Virus record (IMG/VR): IMGVR_UViG_3300030041_000010
Direction: 5' to 3' (one strand)
Length of the DNA stretch: 64,000 nt
Source: a virus
A program made the translations under genes and the position numbers. Under the pieces are notes generated by a model that was not told where the DNA came from, made no database searches, and was given only the letters and a program-made list of their open reading frames with translations. How positions within the stretch are numbered: the first letter of the stretch is position 1; the number at the start of each line of letters is the position of its first letter. Below, piece after piece: positions 49,935-58,959 of this stretch.

Positions 49935-51242
49935 ATGGCTTTTACATCTAAGCTCCTTAAGAAAGCGTGGGAAGGTGAGCGGTTCTCCTACTTTGGTATG
50001 GAGTTCAACGTCGAAAAAGCGGAGCAAATAATCGCTTCAAACCCCCGTCCCCCACAGAAGGCCCCTAAAACATTTCTTGAGGCGTTCGTTGGCACGCAGG
50101 AGCAGGATAAGAAGGAAGAGGAAGAAGGTAGCTTCAGCATGTTCAATGTGGGGTTGAACCGGAACCATGTTCAAGAAGTTGATGAGAACAAGCCGGGAAT
50201 CATAGCTGCGATTGCTTACAAGCCGACAAAGGGATACCCCGAGACCAAAACTAACTTCATCCTCATTGATGGCAACCATCGAGCGAAGAAGCGTCTTCGG
50301 ATGGGGTTGGATGACATGGAGGTTTATGTGCTGACGCCTGAAGAAAGCTGGCAGGTCATGGCACCCTACACCTACGCTGGTTTGTTAAAGAACCTTGTCA
50401 ATCCAAGTCAGAAGCCAGCCAAGCCGCGTACTCCAAAACCAAAATCAGATAAACCCAGCAAGGCTGATGCACGAAGAGCCGACCTGCAAGCTCGTCTTGA
50501 CTTCATCAATACGAACTACGTTCCCGGTCGTGCTCGTGCAACCATGGAAGCGTATCTCGAAAAGTTCGGGGAGCCAATGTGGAATGATGTCTTCTTTGAA
50601 GAGAAGCAATATCTTGAGTCGGAGCTTAAGAAGAAAAAGGGAGCGTTTGTTCACGACCCCAACAACACCAGCCCTCCCATCGTTGAGCATAAGCAGTATT
50701 ACGCTGTTGAACAAAAAGGAAACCGAGTGTCGGAGGTAGGCACCTATGACCAATGTGTAGATTGGTTGAACGCTCACTCGGGTTTTGTGCGACCGTACAA
50801 CGATAAAGGTTGGAAGAGAAAAGGCTATTCCATAATCCCTGTCGAAAACGAAATCCCTCCTATTTCTTTCAGCGATGAAGATAGGGCATGGATGGAGGCT
50901 ATGGGTATTCGGCAAGCTAAGAAAGCATACTGGGATGAAGAGGAAGATGATTATCGAGGCTGTATTGGTGATTACACATTCGCTACAAATTGTGTAAGCT
51001 CTGACGGCGAATCCATCATTGACATGGTAGACATAAGCCGGGAAGTGTCTTACAACCTCATTAAGAAGCACTGTAAGGGGTTGCGTCGGTGGGAGGCGGA
51101 GCAGGGTTACTTGAAAGATGGCTCCCGAGGGCTCACACTTCGGAATGATTATGCGGTGTCCTTTTATAAGAGCAAGTACCGGGGTCAGGATTGTTACTAC
51201 GTCAAATGGTCGGGTATTGAGTGGGTTTGGGTGAAGCGATGA
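49935..51242 (+). CDS. Polyvalent protein with ParB/Srx-like domain
   Basis: FILIDGNHRAKKR motif; GAGAGG RBS. Confidence 0.7.
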   Translation: MAFTSKLLKKAWEGERFSYFGMEFNVEKAEQIIASNPRPPQKAPKTFLEAFVGTQEQDKKEEEEGSFSMFNVGLNRNHVQEVDENKPGIIAAIAYKPTKGYPETKTNFILIDGNHRAKKRLRMGLDDMEVYVLTPEESWQVMAPYTYAGLLKNLVNPSQKPAKPRTPKPKSDKPSKADARRADLQARLDFINTNYVPGRARATMEAYLEKFGEPMWNDVFFEEKQYLESELKKKKGAFVHDPNNTSPPIVEHKQYYAVEQKGNRVSEVGTYDQCVDWLNAHSGFVRPYNDKGWKRKGYSIIPVENEIPPISFSDEDRAWMEAMGIRQAKKAYWDEEEDDYRGCIGDYTFATNCVSSDGESIIDMVDISREVSYNLIKKHCKGLRRWEAEQGYLKDGSRGLTLRNDYAVSFYKSKYRGQDCYYVKWSGIEWVWVKR

Positions 51243-51255
51243 AAGCGAGGGTGTA

Positions 51256-52592
51256 ATGAAATTCATAGCCAAATTCTTGACCGCTGCATTCCAAGACCCC
51301 TTTCTCAAGAAGGCTCTACCCTTGAACACTGATTTTGATAATTACATTGAGAGGAAGCCACAAAACTTAAAAACAGGGGCTACCAAGACGGCTCTGCCCC
51401 AGTCTCATCGTATCAGTCTGCAAGATGCCCAAGACCGCAAGCTGTTCGGTCCCGTATACCATGGCACAACGTCGGCAGGTCGTAAGGCTATCGACACAGG
51501 GGGTTTCAAGATATTCGAAGGTGAAGAGGGTTCGGGGGACATTCGCAATGGCTATCGCGGCAACCAAGCTTACAGTCTCAAGCACCCCGGCGTTCCTGCC
51601 CTGTTCATCACCTTGGTTATGGTGTATATTTTACGACCAGCCAGAGCGTAGCCAAGATGTTTAATGAGAATTCCACCAAAGGGATGAAGACTTACTATCT
51701 CAATGTGTCTAACTGCGAAACTATTAACTTCGCCGTCCCTCACACCATGATGAATTGGTGGATTAAGAATGGCTATGACCCTGAGTTAGCTAAGAAAGAC
51801 CGGGTAGCTGCAACTAAGAAAATGACTGAGCATTTAAAGTCTCAGTGGGATGCGGTATGGTTCAGGGGTCAGGGACTTCGTAAGTTTCTCGATGGCGACC
51901 AAATTTGTGTGTATGACCCGAGTCGAGTCTACGAGATTGACCCCACACTTTCCAAGCCCGGAGACATCGGCTCCAAGGTTCGTCGGAAATCTGATGGAAT
52001 GAAGGGTGTTATCCGCAGGGTTCGAAACCTTGAGCCTGAACAATCGCGACTCTACCATGGCGGAACGAAACGACTCCTCGAAGTCAAATGGCAGAAGGGG
52101 TTGGATTACAACGTTAAAGATTCGGATGTGGACTTCCTAGAATCCCGCGTCCCATACAAGACGGCATCAGGTGGTCTCGTTGCGAAGCTTACCGCTTTCC
52201 GCCCTCAGCTTGCCGCCATTGCTCAAAGGATATATGACGAATGGGATGCATCCGATGAGGACTACGGAGATGCTGAGGTTGGCTTCGGTGGCATCTGTCA
52301 TCTCATTGCGGATGGATGGCAAGACCTACTAATCAACCAAGGATACGCCGCCACCACGTGGACACACTCTGATGTACAACATGTCAGCCTCATGGTGTGG
52401 GAATACGAGAACGAAGATGAGAATGGTCAGTCCGAAGTTGTAGATGTGGATTTGAATCCTTACACATATGAGACTGGCGGGGGCTTCGAGTGGAAGAAGA
52501 TACCAAATGTAACTATCGACCCAAGTGACATCACGTTTTATCGGCAGTTTATGAGCCCGGAGAATCTCGAAGCCTTACAAGAAGGGTATTAG
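51256..52592 (+). CDS. Polyvalent ADP-ribosyltransferase-like protein split by a -1 frameshift near 51600
   Basis: VYHGT in frame 1; PVHHLGYGVYFTTSQSVAKMF in the frame of ORF 51657; GDQICVYDP downstream. Confidence 0.65.
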
Positions 52593-52594
52593 AC

Positions 52595-52831
52595 ATGATG
52601 GGTATAGGCTGGAGTGTAGCTGTCTTCGTTTGGTTGATGGGCATGTGGCAAACCTACCGCGTCAATCAGGCCATCATTGAAATCGAGTATCGCGAAACCA
52701 TGAACAACGACCGAACATTTTTCGTCATGGTCTGCCTCTATTCCATGTTGACCATCGTGCTCTGGCCGGTTGTGCAGTTGTTCTCCATGCAGCACGCCTT
52801 CTCTCACAGTGGCGAGGGTGAAGAAGAATAG
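52595..52831 (+). CDS. Small membrane protein (two TM helices)
   Basis: Two hydrophobic segments. Confidence 0.55.
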   Translation: MMGIGWSVAVFVWLMGMWQTYRVNQAIIEIEYRETMNNDRTFFVMVCLYSMLTIVLWPVVQLFSMQHAFSHSGEGEEE

Positions 52832-52861
52832 TTGACAAAGTTTTTCGAATACGGGTATTAT
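52832..52861 (+). promoter_or_regulatory. Sigma70-like promoter TTGACA-N18-TATTAT for the tmRNA gene
   Basis: Consensus -35 at 52832-52837; -10 at 52856-52861. Confidence 0.75.
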
Positions 52862-52867
52862 TTGTAC

Positions 52868-53229
52868 ATGGTTGTTTGTCCCGCAAGGGACTGAAGACGT
52901 TCTAAACGACATTCGGACGTGGGTCCGACTCCCACCACATCCACCAAGTTTGGTTTCATTGTTTCACCTTGGGTGTGTCACGGTTTCGACGGGTGTTCAG
53001 GCGGAAGCGGTCTACAACTCGTTTTAGTATACCTGTTCGTTCTCCGGGGAGCCGGAGAGGGTCAGCGATTCCACGCAATACGGTGGATGGCATGGCCTAT
53101 ACGGGAATGCAACAAAAATAAATGCGGAAACTCCTGCATACGCAATGGCTGCTTAATAACCAGCCCTGCCAAGGTTGACAGTTACCTTGTTCCCAGTCCT
53201 GTCTAGGGTGAGGCCGCGAAAGCGGCCTC
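52868..53229 (+). ncRNA. ssrA: Circularly permuted (two-piece) tmRNA; tag (A)AETPAYAMAA**
   Basis: Acceptor piece ends GAC GTGGG TCCGACT CCCAC CACATCC A CCA (to 52946); 24-nt spacer; coding piece starts GGGTGTG TCACGGTTTCGAC (52971) giving G3:U70; tag ORF 53124-53159 follows ATAAAT. Outer ends are approximate. Confidence 0.9.
53210..53229 (+). terminator. GC-rich hairpin probably marking the 3' end of the tmRNA coding piece
   Basis: GAGGCCGC-GAAA-GCGGCCTC; no U-tract. Confidence 0.4.
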
Positions 53230-53245
53230 TGCCGATTAGGAGTCT

Positions 53246-53488
53246 ATGTCTCGCAGAACTCACACAACCAGAACCCGTCTTAATAATTCACACTACCCTT
53301 CATTTCAAGTGCATTGGATTGAGGATGAGGACTATGGTGGCTGGACCGGCGTGGCTCAAATCTGGAGTGATGGCAATACTAAAGATGGCGGTGAGCACAA
53401 GATCTTCGTAAGCTTTTTTTCGATATCGGAGACTGCGTGTCTTTTCTCCACAATGGAGAGAGTCTCCAAGGTAGTGACACCGAGGTGA
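53246..53488 (+). CDS. Hypothetical protein
   Basis: AGGAG RBS. Confidence 0.55.
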   Translation: MSRRTHTTRTRLNNSHYPSFQVHWIEDEDYGGWTGVAQIWSDGNTKDGGEHKIFVSFFSISETACLFSTMERVSKVVTPR

Positions 53489-53495
53489 AACTGAC

Positions 53496-53714
53496 ATGCC
53501 GACACGCTATATCAAACCCGAGGGCGACCGTAAGCTTGAGTTCTGGAAGACATATCGCGGCGGTCAGCACAGCGAGTTTGTAAATGTTCCGGCAGATTGG
53601 GACGAGAGCGATATTCAGGAAGAACTCGAAGACTGGTGCCGGTTCGAACTTCACAACAGTGAGTTCATGCGGTACGGCTGGAACGACGAAAAAGATTTTG
53701 GTAGTAGGAGCTAG
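53496..53714 (+). CDS. Hypothetical protein
   Basis: GAGGTG RBS. Confidence 0.6.
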   Translation: MPTRYIKPEGDRKLEFWKTYRGGQHSEFVNVPADWDESDIQEELEDWCRFELHNSEFMRYGWNDEKDFGSRS

Positions 53715-53715
53715 A

Positions 53716-53892
53716 ATGAAAATTGAAATCGAACTTGACTTTAACGACCTCATGTTGTTGGGTGCAAATGGAACCATTCAAAAAGGAGATTCGACGGTGA
53801 CTATCAACCGTCCTGTTCTCCCTGAAATTGAAGGGGGTAAGGTTATTTTCAGACTTGATAACACCGACCCCCGGTCTTCCGAATTCCGCTAG
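53716..53892 (+). CDS. Hypothetical protein
   Basis: AGGAG RBS before ATG 53716. Confidence 0.55.
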   Translation: MKIEIELDFNDLMLLGANGTIQKGDSTVTINRPVLPEIEGGKVIFRLDNTDPRSSEFR

Positions 53893-54533
53893 GCTGCATA
53901 CTGCAACGCTGTCTCAACTATCTCTCGGTTGCACTCTAACCAACCCACGAGTGTGTTGCAGCGGCTGCAAAGCAAGCCCCTCGCACACTCACCACATGAC
54001 CCCTCTCCTGCACAGCATCTATGGTCGTGGTCTAAGCACAACACCCGGCCCTCTTCGGGCGGTGTGTGGCAGATGGCACACCCTCCGTTTTGCTTTTGCA
54101 GTGTGGTTGTGTACCATTCGTACGGAAGGTGGTGCGACCTTTCAAAGTTCTGTTCTCGGCAGCATTGCCTACATGAGCCGCGCTTCCCGGTGTGGAACGC
54201 CGATTGTGGAAGAAATGATTTATGCCTCGCACACCAGCGGTTGCCTTTGTTACTTTCACAATCTTCAGCCGACACTCCGTGTTTTGCCAATTTACTCAGT
54301 CGAAGTTTAAGTTTGTGGTTTTCGGATTTACTTACTAGAGGCCCTCCGCGCCCTCTGACGATGTTGGAAGTATCAAGACCCAACTCTTCTATGGTTTTCC
54401 AGAATGTGCGGTGGTTCCCGGTACCATTGGTTAGTCCAAATTTATGAAGAATTTGACAAACATGAGTGGACTCGGTAATAATCGTTTGTAGTTCAACTGG
54501 AGTTACAGATTTCAAAGTAGCATATTTTTGCAC
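53889..54533 (-). CDS. Endonuclease VII-family (His-Me) homing endonuclease
   Basis: QNGGCAIC..LCLDHDHRCC..RGLLCSRCN; inserted antisense. Confidence 0.85.
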   Translation of the reverse strand: MQKYATLKSVTPVELQTIITESTHVCQILHKFGLTNGTGNHRTFWKTIEELGLDTSNIVRGRGGPLVSKSENHKLKLRLSKLAKHGVSAEDCESNKGNRWCARHKSFLPQSAFHTGKRGSCRQCCREQNFERSHHLPYEWYTTTLQKQNGGCAICHTPPEEGRVLCLDHDHRCCAGEGSCGECARGLLCSRCNTLVGWLECNREIVETALQYAA

Positions 54534-54559
54534 GGTAGCCTCAAGGAGGGGCTAAATGT

Positions 54560-54928
54560 ATGACCTAGCTGAATGACCCCTACATCTATGTATTTGTTAG
54601 ACAAGATTTTCCCAAAGATAATCTTGCCCAACAGATAGTCCAATCCAACCACGCCACTTTCGAGATGGCAAAACGACTCACCGACTACAATGAAACACCT
54701 TCGGTTGTCCTCATCGGTATCCCCGACAAGTCATCCCTTGAAGCCGTAGCCGCTAGGCTCACGCGCTATGGTATCGCATTCGAGGCTTTTTATGAGCCTG
54801 ACTACGACCTTGGCCTCACCGCTATCGCCACATACCCCATCACTAATAAGAAGCAGCGTCGTGCTCTTGGTACGTACAAGCTTTGGTCTCCACAGGAATC
54901 AACTCTCCTGTTACAGGAGGCGGCATAA
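54560..54928 (+). CDS. Pth2-like peptidyl-tRNA hydrolase with in-frame TAG at codon 3
   Basis: AAGGAGGGG RBS then ATG ACC TAG CTG AAT GAC CCC TAC ATC..; YIYVFVRQD..QQIVQSNHA..FYEPD..LTAIA..YKLW. Confidence 0.7.
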
Positions 54929-55284
54929 TGGCTATTCAATGCTCCATCAAAGGGTGCCCTAACGATAAGGCTTGGGCGATTGTCAGCGACAAAGCTGTCC
55001 ATCGCATTACCTTCAGCAAGGCGCTTGCCGACCACGCTGTGAAGCTTTCCAGCCTTCCCTATCATGTGGAGCGTGTCTCCATCAGGGAAGGCAGCAAGGA
55101 GCTTCAGAAGGGTGAGGTCTCATCCACCGGGCTCTATGCCATCATCGACCGCAGGAAGGGCAAGATACTCCGCGTGGCTCTCCATCAGACTATCGCTGAG
55201 ATTCTCGCCGCCGACTACAAGAACCGTAAAGTCACGGAAGCTTTCATCATCCGTGAAAGAGAGGAGGTTGCCTGTGCAGCCTAA
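54928..55284 (+). CDS. Hypothetical protein
   Basis: AGGAGG RBS; TAATG coupling. Confidence 0.65.
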   Translation: MAIQCSIKGCPNDKAWAIVSDKAVHRITFSKALADHAVKLSSLPYHVERVSIREGSKELQKGEVSSTGLYAIIDRRKGKILRVALHQTIAEILAADYKNRKVTEAFIIREREEVACAA

Positions 55285-55783
55285 CGAAGTTGTACGCCTT
55301 ATTGAACCATCAGAGCCCCTCGTAGCCACCGACGAGGATATGGCGAGAAACACTCGTCTTATGGATATAGCCAAAGAAGGCTATGTCATTATCATCAAGA
55401 AGCCGAACGACGACAAGCTTTACGGGCCGGTCGAGAACTCATTCAGTCTTGGTGTGGAACCAAACCGTACGTTTCTCTACTGGTCGAGCGTCCGCTGGAA
55501 CCTTGACGCTTGGACTTGGGCTAACCGGGACTTCGAGAAGGGTAAGCAGAACAACCCCGACTGGGAGTACACCATTTACAAGGCCATGGACGAGAACCTT
55601 CCGGTGGTCATCAACTGGAATGTGTGGCTCGATGCCCACATGCCTTCCGACAAGACGTTGAGTGGGGTTAAAAGCACCTACGATTCACGTAATCTCAAGT
55701 TCACGTTGAAGGGTGAAGCAGCGGACAAGCAGAAGTTAGCACATGCTCAGTCCATGAGAGTCACGACGTATCCACTGGTCTAA
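55274..55783 (+). CDS. Hypothetical protein
   Basis: GAGGAGG RBS before GTG 55274. Confidence 0.65.
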   Translation: MQPNEVVRLIEPSEPLVATDEDMARNTRLMDIAKEGYVIIIKKPNDDKLYGPVENSFSLGVEPNRTFLYWSSVRWNLDAWTWANRDFEKGKQNNPDWEYTIYKAMDENLPVVINWNVWLDAHMPSDKTLSGVKSTYDSRNLKFTLKGEAADKQKLAHAQSMRVTTYPLV

Positions 55784-55795
55784 GGAGTTAATGAC

Positions 55796-56269
55796 ATGAG
55801 TACACAAGTTGAACTTCTTGTTCGTACAGACGCTCTTCGTAAAATTCTTGAAGAAGAGCCCGAGGTCAAACTTAAGCTTCAGAACATGGCTATCGAAAAG
55901 ATTGCCGAGGAGCTTAAGCGTAAAGCCCAAACCATCTCTCTTGCTCAGTTTGAGTTGGAGATGCAGTCCACCATTCGGAAGTCCATCGCCGAATTCAACA
56001 AGAGCATCACCAGCACGTACAAGTTCCCTCCCGAGGCCAAGGCTATCATTGAGTCCCTCGTCAAGGAAGCTGTACAGACGTACTTCAAGGCCGAAGTCAC
56101 CCGGTGGGAGAAGGCCGTCAATGAGTTCTTCGCCGCCAAGCAAGCCGAATCCGACCGGCTTACCGAGGCGAAGGTATTTGAGGCCATCGAAAAGATGCGT
56201 CCCGCCATCAAACAACAGGCTCGTGAGGAGTTCATCGCTACTCTCGAAGCCGTGAAGGGTAAGGCATGA
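55796..56269 (+). CDS. Helical/coiled-coil hypothetical protein
   Basis: AAGGAG RBS. Confidence 0.7.
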   Translation: MSTQVELLVRTDALRKILEEEPEVKLKLQNMAIEKIAEELKRKAQTISLAQFELEMQSTIRKSIAEFNKSITSTYKFPPEAKAIIESLVKEAVQTYFKAEVTRWEKAVNEFFAAKQAESDRLTEAKVFEAIEKMRPAIKQQAREEFIATLEAVKGKA

Positions 56270-56904
56270 AGAGCAAGGAACTTATAAGGTTGTTACAAGA
56301 AGAAGACCCCAGTGGGGAGGTTGAAGTCAGCGTGGGCAACCGTGACATTTTCAGCCTCCACACGGAGCCAAGTTATTGGGATGGTCGAGCCCAATTACTT
56401 ATCAGAGACTACAGTAAAGACCCGTATTACAACGTAGTGGGAGCCAAGTATACGTCAAGGGGCAGCAAGGTAGTCATCACCGCCATGGGTGTAACTGATG
56501 CCATCTTGAACAATCCCGATTTGCCGGTGGACTACTCTGAGGTTGGTAACGAGGACACGGCAAAGCGATACCGTGAAACCGACGACAAAACCCGCGAGGA
56601 AATACGCAACATTGAACTCAAGGTGGAGATGGAAGCATTTCACAACTGGGTCAAGAAAAAAATGGATGAGATTCGTCCCGGAGAAGACTGTCGTTTTGAA
56701 GCAGACCAGTTTTATCGGCACGCCCCACTAAGCCCGAAAGACCCGGTGAAGGACTTGCCGCCGAAGAAGGGAAGCGACGGATACATGTGGCGTCCAAGCT
56801 GGAATGAATGCCGCGAGGCCATGTGGGAGGACACGATTGAAGTGTACTGGGGGCTTGGCGTTGGCATCCGGAAGAAAGTCGAGGGGCAGACGACCGAAGT
56901 CTGA
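56266..56904 (+). CDS. Hypothetical protein (MKSKELIRLLQEEDP..)
   Basis: ATGA coupling; 212 aa. Confidence 0.7.
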   Translation: MKSKELIRLLQEEDPSGEVEVSVGNRDIFSLHTEPSYWDGRAQLLIRDYSKDPYYNVVGAKYTSRGSKVVITAMGVTDAILNNPDLPVDYSEVGNEDTAKRYRETDDKTREEIRNIELKVEMEAFHNWVKKKMDEIRPGEDCRFEADQFYRHAPLSPKDPVKDLPPKKGSDGYMWRPSWNECREAMWEDTIEVYWGLGVGIRKKVEGQTTEV

Positions 56905-57016
56905 CGCAGGGGGCTGCGTCAAATCTGCCCCCGTCCCTGCTGTGATACGGTGAAAGGATAGAAGCCCGTATCCAGCATCATTCAAACTGTAGCACAACGA
57001 AGAAGGAGTTACAAAC

Positions 57017-57190
57017 ATGACGTAGGATATGGAAAACAGCAAAATCCTCGCCGAGGCGGTTCTCAAAGCATTCGTACAACACGACAAAGGGAAACACACC
57101 TGTTGCCGCTTTTGTAAGGTGTGGTTGCACTGGGAAGACCATGACAGTGAATGCCCTGTGCTACTCGCTCAAAGCGTCAGCAGGAGCTAA
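57017..57190 (+). CDS. Small zinc-binding protein preceded in frame by an ATG-ACG-TAG minigene
   Basis: AAGGAG RBS then ATG ACG TAG GAT ATG GAA..; CRFC..H..C motif. Confidence 0.5.
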
Positions 57191-57811
57191 ATGGTTGTTC
57201 AGGTAGACCTGATACCAGTCTGTGGATATTTCCCGCTGTGCCTCTTGTAGAGTCATGGTGTGGGTGACACATACCTGATGGTGTAGCCAGTTCTCCACAG
57301 CGTCCTTCGCGTGGGCTCCGGGCACGCCATCAGCCGGATTGTACGGCTGGATGAACAGGTTTTTAATGTCGTCGGCACCACCTAGTTCAAGAGAATCGAT
57401 ATGGTCAACCTCGCAGGATTCAATTCGCTGCTGGCCGGATGCGGTGGTGCGGCTGGTTGGAGCACAGATACCCTCGTGTGGAGCCACCCCATAGGCACGG
57501 TACACTTCCATCTTCATCGCTTCGGTGGTGTGCCTGAACTCTTTGGTGCTGGTGCTGCATACTTCATCCGCAGTGACGCCGGGGCGGAGCATACCGGGAG
57601 AGATGTTAGGATTGGGTAGGAGTACCTGTCCATGATGGTAGAACCTACCCGGACCGGGGCCGACATCGTTTATTGTCAGCCTTTGACGTTTTTCAGTCGG
57701 GGCGGTTTGAAAGTGCATTTTAAGCAGAGGGTGAAAGAGAAACCAAAGGGTTATCAGAGTTAAGGCTGTGGTGATTAACCATAATTTTAATAGAACCCAT
57801 AATCTCTTCAT
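57161..57811 (-). CDS. Membrane-anchored/secreted HNH-like protein
   Basis: N-terminal TM helix; CEVDHIDSLELGGADDIKNLF..KDAVEN. Confidence 0.7.
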   Translation of the reverse strand: MKRLWVLLKLWLITTALTLITLWFLFHPLLKMHFQTAPTEKRQRLTINDVGPGPGRFYHHGQVLLPNPNISPGMLRPGVTADEVCSTSTKEFRHTTEAMKMEVYRAYGVAPHEGICAPTSRTTASGQQRIESCEVDHIDSLELGGADDIKNLFIQPYNPADGVPGAHAKDAVENWLHHQVCVTHTMTLQEAQREISTDWYQVYLNNHLAPADALSE

Positions 57812-57838
57812 GGGTAAAGTATACAGTATTAGGTGAGC

Positions 57839-58219
57839 ATGAACAAAACTTTCATCTCGAAGACTACCCGGCTGTTAACTCAGGTAAAGGAAGCCCACAA
57901 GCGGTGGAATAGTCTGGATGTGCGATTAGCCAAGTTGAAGAGGGAGTGTAACCACCGCAACCCGGAGGGGGTACTATGGGTGAAAACCAAGCGGCAAGCA
58001 AAGCAGGGGTCTCTCCCGGCACGTACTTACAAGGTTTGTGCAATTTGTGGCGAAGACGTGTTTAACGATTGCTACGGTCGTCCGGTGTCGGTCTGGAACC
58101 ACCTTGACATCCCGGACTGGCGTAAACAAGAGATAACCAAACTTGTGCTGGAATACAAAAGGTTGACGCCAAAAACCCGCTGCATTCCAATCCCACCAAA
58201 AATTAGTAGCCAAAACTGA
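57839..58219 (+). CDS. Hypothetical basic protein
   Basis: AGGTG RBS; CNH..CAICG. Confidence 0.55.
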   Translation: MNKTFISKTTRLLTQVKEAHKRWNSLDVRLAKLKRECNHRNPEGVLWVKTKRQAKQGSLPARTYKVCAICGEDVFNDCYGRPVSVWNHLDIPDWRKQEITKLVLEYKRLTPKTRCIPIPPKISSQN

Positions 58220-58245
58220 GGCTGAGTATGTACTATGTACTAAGT

Positions 58246-58322
58246 GCCCCCGTAGCTCAACTGGTTAGAGTGACGGTCTCTAAAACCGGAGGTTGTGGGT
58301 TCGAGTCCCTCCGGGGGCACCA
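58246..58322 (+). tRNA. Amber suppressor tRNA (anticodon CTA), copy 1, Trp-like anticodon arm
   Basis: GCCCCCG TA GCTC..GAGT G ACGGT CTCTAAA ACCGG AGGTT GTGGG TTCGAGT CCCTC CGGGGGC A CCA. Confidence 0.85.
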
Positions 58323-58376
58323 AAGGTGTGAGGGTGGTGATGGTCACGATGAACGAAGACAAAGGGCACTGTAACC

Positions 58377-58685
58377 ATGAGTGAAGTGAAGCGGGAATTT
58401 CAAATCGTGATGTATGGCAACCGTGATTGGCAACGGGTGCTTGTCCTCCTCACGGAGGGGGAACTCATCGACTTTCAGCGTCTTCTGTCCAAGCTGGTAG
58501 ATGATGGCACTATCACCGGCTACAATACCTTTCGTCCCGATGTACCTGCTCAAGGGTATAAAAAGGCTGTGGAGACACTCATCAAGGTTCTTGGTGAGCA
58601 TAATAGCCCTGATTGGTTGAATGCGGATTTCACTATCCCGCTCGATGTAGAGGAAGGACTGCAATGGAAACCGCTAAATCTATAG
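58377..58685 (+). CDS. Hypothetical protein
   Basis: 102-aa ORF. Confidence 0.6.
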   Translation: MSEVKREFQIVMYGNRDWQRVLVLLTEGELIDFQRLLSKLVDDGTITGYNTFRPDVPAQGYKKAVETLIKVLGEHNSPDWLNADFTIPLDVEEGLQWKPLNL

Positions 58686-58909
58686 GATGGGGAGGTGTGC
58701 ATCACCCCCTCCCGGTGTTTGGAACTCCGGCTGAAATTGTACAGAGAGTCACCGAACATCTAGCTAGGGCAGGTTCATGCCGTGCATGGTTTGGAAACGA
58801 CCACGATACGATTGTAGGTGCCAGAATTAACGCTGGTGGCCGACTGGAAATTGAATTGGTGTATGGGTATTGGGTGGAAGCACCTAATCCTCGAATTGAG
58901 TTGCTCTGA
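58664..58909 (+). CDS. Hypothetical protein
   Basis: AAGGA RBS before ATG 58664. Confidence 0.55.
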   Translation: METAKSIGWGGVHHPLPVFGTPAEIVQRVTEHLARAGSCRAWFGNDHDTIVGARINAGGRLEIELVYGYWVEAPNPRIELL

Positions 58910-58959
58910 CATGCCAACGATTCAGATAAACGCCGACGAAGTAAAACGCATTAAGTAAT

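Noticed and set aside
50445-51329. 294-aa minus-strand ORF and other overlapping ORFs in the track
   Set aside because: Antisense shadows of well-supported genes, with no RBS or motifs
52919-53206. 95-aa ORF over the tmRNA, and ORF extensions over tRNAs (e.g. 61147-61227, 9947-10150)
   Set aside because: Better explained by the RNA genes
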